Source of the DNA: Chara braunii
Taxonomy: Eukaryota; Plantae; Charophyceae
Assembly (NCBI GenBank): GCA_003427395.1
Contig: BFEA01000034.1
Location: forward strand, 2,799,153 to 2,863,152
Direction of reading: 5' to 3'
DNA length: 64,000 bases
Each line of letters begins with the position of its first letter. Positions within the stretch are counted from its first letter, which is position 1. The translations under genes and the position numbers were made by a program. This document shows positions 12,861-25,317 of the stretch, one piece after another. The notes beneath the pieces were generated by a model. The model did no database searches, was not told the DNA's origin, and worked only from the letters and a program-made list of their open reading frames with translations.

Positions 12861-15299
12861 GCACGTGACTCGGATGCTTTGTGTCCTGCGGATTATGAAG
12901 GTCTAGCATAGCCCATTAAAGTTATTTTCACGAGTATTACGACAGTCAACATTGCACTCACAGACGCATTGCACTCATGGACGGCACCCTGACATGTCAT
13001 GTACAATTTGTAGACGGGCCAGAACGTCAACATCACACACCTATACAATTGCAGAGCCACGTAGCCTGGGACACCTGTCTACGCCGTGCAACTGCAAGAA
13101 TTGAACGCGATGATCCTACAGTCCACACCTGAACCGCTCCTATCCAGTCCGTAGGGGTGGGGCCATTTACAACAGGCAACAGCTTCTCAACTCAAAATTC
13201 CCTGCCGCCGAAAGACAGACTGGCCTCTTGTACCATTCCAGATTAATCTTGTCCAGCGGTGAGTATTGAGAATACTCTGAAAATTCGTCTTTCCTCTGTC
13301 CNGGCCATTTACAACAGGCAACAGCTTCTCAACTCAAAATTCCCTGCCGCCGAAAGACAGACTGGCCTCTTGTACCATTCCAGATTAATCTTGTCCAGCG
13401 GTGAGTATTGAGAATACTCTGAAAATTCGTCTTTCCTCTGTCCTGTTCTTTGCCCCTCCACTTCCCTCCTCTTCCCCTTCTCCCTCCCCCCACCCCTCCC
13501 TCTTTCTATAGATCTCCACCCCCTACCCCGTTCCTTGCTCTTGTTTACTTCTGATAATTGCAGACGGAAGAGAAGATCTGAGGAAAAACGAACAGCAGTA
13601 CTCGGCCTCCTTTGGTGTGCAAGTGGGCCGTTGTGGCACACGGGAATGTGCGCATCTCTCGCTCACCCACAATCTCCATGTGGGCAGCCTTGTACACAAT
13701 GAGACCACCGCCATGCATCGAACACTCGGACACAAGTGTCTCATCTCATCACACAGATGAGACATGCAGGATATACGAAGTCCAAAAATAGTATCCTCTC
13801 TCTCATACTACAGCTATGGCTATGGCGCCCAGGGCCGTTGACTACACTGCACCACACCCACTCTCTCTTCGGTTATTTAAAATTGTTATGCACTGTTCTC
13901 TTGAAGACCTTAAGCCAACGACAACTGGTCCGGGCTGTGTGCAGTACACTCAAACAAAGCTGCCCAGTCAACCAGCTGACGACCTGGCATCGGACGCAGC
14001 CAGAACTACACAAGGCACAGAGGACCTCCCCACACGGAATCCAGGAGTCGGGATGCAGTTGTCCGCAGCCCGAAACGGCATTTCTGCAGGACAGCCTTTT
14101 TTGCAGCACCGAACTGAACTCATCGCGTCGGTGTAAAAAAAAAAAAAAAAAAAAGAACTCATCGCGTCGGTTATTTAAAATTGCAAGGGACTGTTCTAAT
14201 TCACTGTGGTAGTGCTAGGACGGGAGAGACGTCGCGCCGCCACCTACGCACGCATCACCATGTTCCCGGATTCTTTTATCCCGTCCTAGCACCCGTGTCG
14301 TCCACCCTTCCTTCGGGCTCTCGCCATTTGGAGTTTCTTTTCTTTTAAAAAAAAAAGGTCCATGTCGTCGTAGTAGAGGGTGGATGCCAGGCCTCGGGAG
14401 GTGCCTGTCGTCGTACTCAACCAGTGAGGGGATCAGATGGCTTGTGACGACCCCGAGAACAGTCTTCCTCCGGGGGGCATCATTCGTGACCTGTTATATT
14501 CTACTCTTATCTCAAGTCGAGCCCTCCTACAGCGGTGCGACGCAGACCTCTCTATCTAGAGCTGGACCTACACCAACCCGCGCCTTCCGAGGAGTCGCAG
14601 ACACACACGTCCCCCCGGCGCTAGCATAGGAACAACCAGAAGACTCGAGGACGACCCGGATACATGAGGGGTCACCGATTTACCCGGTCATTCCCAAACC
14701 GTATCACATCGTTCAGACCCTATGGGCAGCGAAGCCACCATTCTACATCAATGCGACAGCCCTCCCTCCCCTAAGCCACCCTTCTACATCAATGTAGACA
14801 GCCCTCCCTCCCCTGTCGAAGATGACACCTTACCCAGAAGCCCTTCCCCAGACTCACGCCCCAATCGACCCCTCAGTGGGAACTCAGACAGGAACCAACC
14901 CAGATGAAGCCCAACCCACAAGCGTCCTGAGATCAAACTGAAGCCCCCCCATGGGAATCGTACATGCCTAACACCCAACCACTACCTCTACTCAAGGGGG
15001 TGTAGAGAGCGGGGTGTATGAGCTCAGGGCTGCCGTTGTTAGTACCGCATCAAATCGTTGTAACATTTTTTCCCTGAGGAAAAAAAAGGGAGCTATTTTC
15101 TACCACTTTTGTAGGATCGGTAGGGTTCTTCTTGCCTCGGATTTCGTTTGATTTTGAACTAGTGTGCGAGTGCATGATATGCACACGTGCATGGACTCGT
15201 GGGATTGTTCTTCCTCTCCTTTCTGCTCTTAATTTTCAACGTTGATTAGTCTTTGATCTCTGCGAGTGCGAATAAATGGATGACCTCGACACTGTGTAT

Positions 15300-18000
15300 A
15301 CATTCACACATTCCGTTTCCTTTTTGGGATACCCGGCACAGAAAAGTGTGCACGATCTTCGAATGCTGACGCAGCCATTAACCCTTCGCCAGCCTGAACA
15401 CTGGTCCGTCTTTCCCTGCGCTTAATAAGACGTGTCAAAGGCTCGACGAATGTGGTTACCCCTCTCTGTATTCTAATCCGAGGTGATCGCCGAAGCCTGC
15501 ATTCCACGGAACAATACCTTGGAATCACAGGCAGGTTCCCAATTCGGATCAGAGTGAAACCGCCAGGCTGCCATGATTTTCACTCACAGCGAACGCGGAC
15601 TTATCCTTTACAAGGTTGCTTTCCCTCTAGTACGGAGAACTTCGAGGTCAAAAAAAAAAAAAGAAAAAAAAAAAAACTCGAGGACTCGTTTTCCATGGCA
15701 CGTCCCTCTGCGCCATCCTTAGGAAAAGCAGTCGGGATGGGATGTCTTCTTGCAAACCGTTTCTTCGCAGGAAGCACCACATCATCGAGTTCAAAGAGGT
15801 TTTTTTTGTGTGAGAGTTGTTCCTCAGTCAATTTCGGCATCCAAAGAAAAAAGAGTAAACCTCCGCAGGATTCACTGTGGACACCGTCATTCCCAGAGAT
15901 GATGACGCTGGCTCCTAAGGGCTGGTAGAAACATCATGAAGCTGAGGGAGAAAAGCTGTCTTGTTACACCGGATGAGACCACACATAGCACGTAGCAGAA
16001 ATGTATCACATGAGGGTGCCAAAAGGTATTCCGAGCATATTTTACGTTGGAAAGACGTAGGAGCCGTTGGACTACTTCTATGCCAGCCCATGGTAGACTA
16101 GGTCACCTCACCTCGTGCATCTGAGGTGTTACCCGCACATGCAAGGCAGTGTGCCGGAGGCAATAGATCAAATAATGTGGAGACTTCCCGCACATGAAGA
16201 CTAGATCGTCATCATCGAGAGAACTCCAAAATGGTCCAAAAAAAAAAGAAGAAAAAAAAAAGACACATGGATGACATCTTGACATACACAAAACCTGAAC
16301 AGACAAGGGTTGAATCAACGGTATATTACATGGCCATGGTCCCCACCAGACCTGGACAAGGCTCGAGCCCGGTGGACCCGCATCGGAAAATTCCCATCCT
16401 ACAAGATAACCAATCCACCAACGCACCGTATAACCAATCCACCAACGCACCGCAGACATCGTTAAGAAAACAGAACAACGCCATCCCTCGGATCGGCATC
16501 CTCTTGCGATTCCACGCCTGCACTAGAAGACATGCCCAGTAAGAGAACCTGTGACAGACGGAACCAGACGGACCCACAGCTGACCATGCCAGTCTGCCGC
16601 AGTACTTGGAAAAAAAAAGCACGGGCAGATGGCACATGCCTGACACCGTGGGGATAAGAAGAGAGACAGACAAACGGACACTCCATGGCTTCAGAAACAG
16701 CACAGGCTGGAAAGCGGGTCCAGCGTCCCTCCAGTGCCAATTCAGCAACAAGAATAACATAGTAGAGCAGGTACAATATCAAACAAACCAAGTGACAGCC
16801 TTTTAATTAATTACAAAGTCTAGACTTCCGGCAACGGAAGTCAGAAGGCTAGGCAACTTACACCGAAATGATCCACCAACGATTTACAGGATAAAGATCT
16901 CGGCCGCGATCCGCACTACTGCGCCATACTTACACATTACGTTCAGATCTTGAGAGCGCCTGGCTCCACCGAGTACTCCAACCGCAACTGCGTTATCAGC
17001 CAAAACACAGGAAGGTCCGCCCGCCTGCCGAAGGCAAGAATGGCAACACTGCTGGTTCGCATAATACAGTCCCTCCGATGTGTATACATGGCCATGAATG
17101 ATAGTTTCAGGAGCCCATGGTAATTCCCCTCGCAGAAGCCTCCTACCGGTCTGCAACGATCTCACCCCGAGGGACTCGGTCATTGGGAGCTGCTGGATGG
17201 ACAAAGCGTCCCGCCGGAAGAGCCACATTTCGCTTGGGTGCGAGATTCATTCGCATGAGCAAATTTAAATAGCAGAACAAATCCCAAAGCGGAGCCACCG
17301 ATGGCTAACCCTCTCTACCCATCCAGTGCCTTCGACGCATTTACCATGTATAAAACTGCTTGTCCTCTCTGAAAACGTGAGCATTCCCCTTTTCGTGGCC
17401 GTTCACAAGAGCCCCCGTCCGCACCCGTTTTTTGTCCTTCTGTTTTCTTGCCCGAACCCGAACCTACTACGTTCCTCTATCTGCGTTTGCTAGTTATGAA
17501 TAACCGTCTGAATATGAACACCACCCACCAAGCCTGTAAACATGCGTGCACTGCAGTCAAACTCCCCCGGCACCGATAAAAAAATTCGGGGACACCTACC
17601 CTGTTTCGACCCCAAGACCGATAAAAAACGATGAGAATGCTAAAACGTGCTCGACCACCCGTGTCGTGAAAGATCATCCATCTCCAAACATCAAATGGAA
17701 GCGCTTTTCCGTTGAGACCCTCCACCGAGGAAGACGAGACTGCTTCCACAGGACAAACAATTCCTCGTTCGCTGTTTGGCACGCCCACAGCGACTGGTAT
17801 CACTATGTACGACGCCCGAGCATCCCGAGTTTACCCTCCCCTGCCTCTTCTTCTAGAGTACACATACAACGAGCTCAGCACCTGGGCAAACCACTCTCTC
17901 TTTGGCGCTCACACATGGACGCTGCGGGAGCTAATGCCAGGCTACGCTTCTGGAGAACGAGAAGCGCGCCGCACGCCCGCTCTCTTGCCATCTTGCAAGA
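15300..18000 (-). mobile_element. Heavily decayed DIRS/Ngaro-like tyrosine-recombinase retrotransposon relic
   Basis: RNase H-like peptide WLF.RDA...W...HGHVYTSE...CVLADNAVAVGVLGGARRSQDL (16884-17228); downstream YR-like motifs LFRGM.RFGD (~15485-15515) and IKRR/KTDQ (~15400-15430, across a frameshift); weak MDD upstream (~17675). Order RT-RH-YR fits DIRS. Confidence 0.5.
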
Positions 18001-18522
18001 ACAGGGATAGGGAAGAGGGTGATTTCATGAGCGACAGAGTAAACAAGTCCTTTCCCCTGTCAGCTCTTAACTTTTTTTTTCTTGTCGTTTATTTACTCAC
18101 CATCAACACGCGAAAAAAACGAGGAAAAGGACAACGGAGTCCATCAGACCCGGCAACTTACTAACAATCAGCTCCTCTTTCTACATTTCCAACAGCCACG
18201 TAGAGTCAACACAACTCCGCTTCTCAGTTTCTCACTGCCTGTGTCCCGATGTCTCCCCCCCGCCTTCTTCAACTGATTTAAGGAAAGTCGAGCAGCGCAT
18301 CAACTGCTGGCAAACGACGATGAGGACAGGCACAACGGCTCCGGTCCCGCGGGGAAGGGGATCCAGTCGACAGGAGGGGGACACCTTGCACTCCGTCCAT
18401 CGCGGGGCAACTCCTCTCTCGACCTCTTTCTGGTTCATCGACAAGTTGGTATAAAAGGTAGCAATGTCGGGATAGCCCGCGACGAGTAAGTCTCCTTCGA
18501 TATAGCGGGCAAGAGGAACCAC

Positions 18523-21500
18523 TTAGGATGAGGGAGCACTTGATGCAGAGTACGCCTTCATGTCCTCAGCGTACTCCTTCCATAGAGGGGCAACTCTGCT
18601 TTCGTATTCCTTCTTCGTCGCCTCGTCCAGATTCTGCACAGAGAACAGGGAGCATACGAGCTCAATTGTCAGCAAGGACTGCCGAAACAAACGTATGCAT
18701 GTTCGATCAGGAGCAGAGCTCACCATTTCACGTTTTGAGCTTCAGCGCTGAGGGAAGTGTGTGAACCCCCATGTTCCACGAAATGAATGCAAGGGACAGA
18801 AATTATGCTCCACGATGAGGCAGCTAAACAGTGACAAGGAACATGTCAGATAGGCCACTTTTTTTTCAGGTGAGAGTCACTGAATTTCAGACAATTCAAC
18901 GATTGGAAGCCACCGAATTTCAACGAACATACCCAAAGATTCTGATTTCCCAATCGCCCACTCGCCCAAGTCATCGAGACGCCTCCGACAGCGGATTCCT
19001 AGCAAAGTGGGACTTCGATCCTAAAAGATAAACGTTCACGACCGAAGTAGCAGACACAGCCTTCCCACCCTGTTCAAGTCACGTCCTCTATTTGGCGGCC
19101 ATTTATAAATTAGGTGACTCGGCCCGTACCCCTGCGATCACATTTAAGTATACGTAGCAATGATTTTTAAGAGTCCCACAAAAACAAAAAAGAGCCCCAC
19201 AAGGTACACCTCTCACAATATGACCGCCTTGAGGCTCAGGATTTGAGCCAACATCCGACTCCGACAAATCCAGAAAGCGTGTCTCACCTTCCACAGAGAA
19301 GCAGTGAGCTTGCTCACTTCGACGAAGGTCGCCCCCGGGTTCGATTCCTGTACTTGCTTGCGAACCTCAGAGCTGCACACCGCCAGAAACAAGACAGGGC
19401 CACCAATTATCACTCCGTTCACTTGGCATCGAACTGAGAGTGAAAGCGACAACATTTCACAACTTTTTCAGTAGAAAAAGGAAAAAAAAGAAGGAAAAAT
19501 AAAAAGCCATTTGGAGTCGAGGTAAGTGGTCGTGCCTTGTCCTGGTCAGGGCCTCTATGGTCCCTGCGCCAACCGAATGGGTGTCTCTGTGGCGATGAAC
19601 GTAATAAGCCAGGTGGCGCTCCGAATGTCACGTTGTGTACCGCGTTGACTGTGAGGACCCCGGCCTACTTGTGCCAATTATAATCAACCGGTTTCCTTCT
19701 TAGGGGATTAAAAAAAAAAAAAAAACATTACGCAACGAGAAATTATGACTTCCACTCCAGGACTTCCCGCCGCTGTGAAAAACCATCGTAACAAAACATG
19801 CACATGCATGCGCAATCGCGCAATCAAATCACAAACCGTCCTCATGATAGGCCCCAACCTGACATATCCTAGAGAATGGGCCACAGTTCAGTTCAGAGTG
19901 CAAGAAAATGGTGGCTCCACTTGCATGCATGCGCGAACCAATCGCGGAAAGTAACGCACGTCCTCTGGAAACGGGGGAAAAGAGCGAAGGGGAACTGCAT
20001 GCATACCTGAAGAGGAGAAATGCGGTTTGCGGTCGCTTTGGCTTGTTCGGATCTTTGGCAGCCTTCTTGACTGCAGCAGCCTCTGCCCGCTCCCTTTTTT
20101 TGGCCTCTGCTGCCTCCTGTTCCGTCTGCGCATGGAAAGGAAGCAAGAAAAAAGATGGCACTACCAATATTGTCAATTCCGACACTGACAGCGAAGAAAC
20201 GGCCAAGGTGCGACTTGTATTTGCTGCTCGGGGAAAGAAAATGCATCTTGTATTTGCTGCTCGGGGAAAGAAAATCAATTGATATAGGGTTCAAGTCGAG
20301 GTCATACGAGCCGGAACGTCCCTGCCCGTTTCCGTTCCACTCAATCAAAATTCCCGCGCAAGGACGCTGCTATGGTGTTCTCTGCAATGCTGACGTTCTT
20401 TCTGTGCAGGCAGGCTCCAAGTTTAACGGATGTTTCGTTGCCCTCGTCTTTCGAAACAGGAACCTTTAACTTGTCCTCTCACAGATCTGCACTTGGAAAC
20501 AGATCACCATCCCTTCGCAGAGGCCACAGGGTGGAGCTTATTAGACCCCAAAGTTTAGTGATTCCTGATCTTCATAATTCATAGAAAGAGAAAGGAAACC
20601 GGAAACCAACGCGAGTTCTCAGAGATTGAGATGACCTTCGCTCGTAAGAATTTCATCGGAATTACAGCGCGGACAGGCAACCGATGGCAGAGCAACCCAT
20701 ACTCGTGAGCCCCCACCTATTGCCGTGTTAGCCTGTTGCCGTGTTAGCCTGTTGCCGTGTTAGCCTATTGCCGTGTTAGTCACGGCAAACGCCTAACATT
20801 GTTTGGGTCCCCTCTGAGAGGCGACGGAGAAAGGATACCTCACCTTTTTCAGTAGCTCCAGTGCGCTCTTCTCACGCAGCTGCTCCTTACGCTTAGTCTC
20901 GTACATCCTGATAGCCTCCCTACGCTGTTCTTCGGCCCGTTGCATCTCTTCGCTGCGTGCAAGCTCCTCTTCCTGCGTAACGTACAAACCGCACGTGCGA
21001 GACCCAAGTACGTGGTGCCAGTCAGCAAACGGTGGGGATTCGATACCTCCCCTCCACTTGTGTAGCAATCGAAATACCCGACTACAGGGTCGCATTTATT
21101 TCACTGGGGAACAATCTCGGGGAACGGACCGTCTGCACCAATCATTCAGATCGAGACAGCACTCTCGAAATTCAAACGATGCTTCCGGCAAGCACGCTGC
21201 AAATGCAATGCAGGACACAAGCACCTCACGCTACAACTGCCTTTCGAGAAAACAACGCCATAGTCAGCTATCTAAAGAGCTGCTTTGCTTCGCAAATGCA
21301 TAACTTCTCGCAAATGCATAACCTCTGCACAATGTCGTTCGTTCCCAGGAGGACGGATTCCATCGACAACTCACCTTTTGCTTTCTCTCTTTGTAGAGCT
21401 CCATGTCCTTGTTATACTTGTCCCGCAGCTCTTTCGCTCTCTGAAACGAGAAGATCACAGCCCAACGTCGTTCATTGAGATGAAAAGAGTGCAAAATAGA

Positions 21501-22306
21501 AATTGAACCTGAAATAGAAATTGAACCCGGATGTTGGATACTCTGTGATGGCTAAAACTCTTCGGTGTCGAAGACCCTCTGCTATCCAAAAAAGACTTCT
21601 CCTTAATGGATGCGCGAACTCGTGAGAAGATGCATGCACTTTCTGAACCTCCGAAAACTGAAATTTTCCATGTGAATCATTGGAAAGACCGAGGCGGAAC
21701 TCCGAATTAAACTCTCCTGGCCAAGGCCTACGAAGATATAGAAAGACAGCCATCAAATCAAAGCCTCGTCAACGAAGCCAGATGCAGACCAACGCAGACT
21801 TCACGATGGCCCAGAAGAAGGGAGGAGCTAGGAAGGAATGAAGTATCTGGCATCCGAGTAGGGTGAAGAGCCCCCCCCCCTTCTTTCCCACATCCTGCGC
21901 AGTCAATCCCCTGGACCGCCAGGGCAATCAATGCTGGCAGGACCCTCTCATACTATGATCAGATGGATTTCATTTTGACAGTCTGTAAAAGGGACGCTGG
22001 ACCCGTTTTCCAGCAGGTGACACTCCCCACCAATAGACGGAGCCCATCCGAGTAGGGTGAAGAGCCCCCCCCCCCCCCTTCTTTCCCACATCCTGCGCAG
22101 TCAATCCCCTGGACCGCCAGGGCAATCAATGCTGGCAGGACCCTCTCATACTATGATCAGATGTATTTCATTTTGACAGTCTGTGTAAGGGACGCTGGAC
22201 CCGTTTTCCAGCAGGTGACACTCCCCACCAATAGACGGAGCCCCTCCCCCCGGTGCTAGTAGTGTCTGCTCTTACAAGCACCACTAACACTGACGAGACG
22301 AGGGTT

Positions 22307-22339
<33 letters not shown>

Positions 22340-25276
22340 CTTCACGAGGCCAGCAATAATCATGAAAATACAATCAATCAAATTGAACATAGGCATGACT
22401 CTTCTTTCGATTCTGAAATACTCAAGTCTACTAATATCCACGAACTCGTGAGATGCATCGAAGCCATAAATTTTCCACGTTAATCGTTAGAAAGACCGAG
22501 GCGGAACGAATTCGTGAACTCTCCTGGCCGAGGCCTGTGAAGATAGTACAGAAAGACAGCCAGATGCAGACGAACGCAGACTTCAGGAGCGCTACCAAGA
22601 AAAACAAGTTAAAGAGGTGGTCACAAGCAAATCAGGTGCCGAAACGCCCAGGGGGTGAGGAACAAATCGAACAAGAGAGAAACTTACATCTTCATACACC
22701 TGCTTCATCTTCCTCTGCATTTCTTTCCACTCCTGGCCAAGAAGTTTTCCAATCTGCATGGTCGTCACGAGCGGCATTGATTATATTAGGCACAGCAGCC
22801 CGCCAGCGATGGAGGAACGAAAAAAACAGAAGGAATTGAAAGCCAAAAGGAATCATAAGACAGGACTTCGCAAGTGGTGACGAATCGAAAAACCCCTGGC
22901 ACTTTCCAAGCGAGAGCGCATAGAAAAGCCAGAACGTCAGAGGGATTGAAAGAAAACAGCTCATTTCCAGGAGAGCAGAAAGAGAAGCACAACCGAAATC
23001 TCTCTCCGAGCAAATGCTACCGGGTTATGTAATGTAAAACCGGAGCTAATAATTTCCAATGATACGCGGAAAATGACCGACGGAACTATGATACATCACT
23101 TTACAACGCTGGATACTTCATTGGTAAGGTAATCCCATAGTGAACGAGAACTGTCGGTCTCTTACCTCTCCGATACCGTAGGACTTGCCCTCCTCTTGGA
23201 GCTGAGGGCGGCGTTCATTAGCATATAAAAAGAATGCTGACGGTGGCTGCTTTGGCTTCTCGGGATCACGCTCACTTCTGCGGTCAGCAGACAGGCGAAA
23301 CAATGACATCAGACGACCATATAGCACTGCCCAGGCTCCACATTCATAATCCCTGACTAGTAAATTGCAAATAGAATTAATGCAGACAGAAAAGAACGGG
23401 TAGCGCGAGAAGGGGCAGGGGGAGGAGAGGTAGAGGGACGCGTAGGGAGATCGGAAAGACACGTTCGAGGATCACTCGCATGCAATTCAGTAACACGTTT
23501 GAGGCGACAGTGCAACTTCCAATGGCCCCAGCGGTCGAATATCGTACGTAAAATTCCAAGCGATAAAATATTATAAGTTGAGTGTAATGCGCACTTGAAA
23601 GCTCACCAGACCACAGCATCATACGCGCGCACCATGCAACGATTGTTGCAGCAACTAAGCATGCACACTTCTCTTCCTTCTACTTCTTTCCAGTTAATAA
23701 AAACCTCAAACGCGTTCGGAAATAGTCATTTTATTATTGTCAAACGGGTAGAGGGAAGCTGGGAGCAGCACGGATCAGTACCGCAGCCCTGCAAAAAAAA
23801 CTTTCAGAAGAAAGTTAATGAAATTCAACAACAACAACAACAACAACAACAGACTGTACAAAACATGGCCCCGGTATCTCAATTTTCAATTTCCATTCTT
23901 AGGCCAATTGGATTTTTCTAGTAGGTTTCTAGCCTCATTTTCATGAAATTTTCTGACGAGTTTTCTGAATGTACTCGTTATGGGACGCTGGGTCTGGTTC
24001 CCAGTTCGTGCCAATTTGTGAGGATATGGTTGTATCTATGGGACGCTGGACCCGGTTTCCAGCAGGTGTTGCTCCCCACCAATAGATGGAGCTTTGGTGA
24101 AAAAAAAAAAGAAAGATGGTAGTACAAAACAACACTGCTAATCGTGGCACCAACGACGCGGGCGACGATTACTTATATAAACCGTTGGATGCTCTTCAAA
24201 AGCACGAGACTCACCTCTTATGTTTTCCATCCTTGGCACCTTGCAGACTCTGTCAAACAGTAAAATACGCGAGAGAAAACGATCAGTTGATGCCAAATCA
24301 TTCATGGGCCCGATAGCGCAAGCTACTAGAAATCCATCTCGCAGCCCCCAGATGAACCATACCCCAATTCCACTGTTCAAAATCAGAATACCGACGCACC
24401 CCGTCAATCCGAGCTCATCACACATTTGCTCTTCCGGGCAAGAACCGATACAACGCAGACACACAAGAGCGCGGCACTGCCACGCGCCAACAATAGCCAC
24501 CCATCCACATTTACTTCTTTTTTTTTTCCTTTCTTTTTCCACATTTACCTCTTAGGTGTGTACGTTACAAGATCCAACCCAAAATTCACATACACTGCCT
24601 GGGTACGAGCGGAAAGCCAACATTCGTCTATTGAAGTGTTTCCTACAGATCTAGCACAATCAAATACACTCCGCGGAGCCAATGCGCATACATACCGCCT
24701 GGTGCTCTTCGTACTGACTCATGAGTTGCATCGCCATTTCCTGCCGCTGCTGCTCTCTATAAACTCTCAACGCCTCCTCTTCTTGCTTCTCTTTCTGGAT
24801 AATCTGCGAGATTTATTGACACTGTCAGATCGGAGAGCGTAATCGGACGGGCAAATCGAGTTCCTACTCGGCCACCAACTAGAAACAACAAAGAATTGAA
24901 GTCAATTCCCAATTACCGTAGTTTACTGTTTATATACACTAACTACTAGTAAGGCCGTCATGTCACAATAGCCCAAGCGAGACAAAACAAAAGCTGCTAT
25001 TTCTATCAAAACGGGACTAAATCATCGCAGAGCTATAGCTTCGGCCAACAAATCCCCTAAAACATCGAACGAGTTCAACTCGAGAGTTCGACGGCACTTG
25101 AAATGCCGCACGAGGCCGAAGGTGATGCGTCAAAATAAGCCTACAAACTCCATTATCACAACTACATCTGATCATCGCCATCACCGCCATCGCTGTCATA
25201 TACCGAAACGTGACCACCATTCCATAACCATATCCAGGACGAGATGTTTTTATCACCATTCTCATCATCATCCTTG

Positions 25277-25317
<41 letters not shown>

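Noticed and set aside
13161-13443. Perfect ~140-bp tandem duplication
   Set aside because: The copies are identical and separated by a single N at 13302, typical of a scaffold-join overlap artefact.
14212-14292. 14-bp inverted repeat GTGCTAGGACGGGA/TCCCGTCCTAGCAC
   Set aside because: Single isolated stem with no TSD or second copy in the window; no function assignable.
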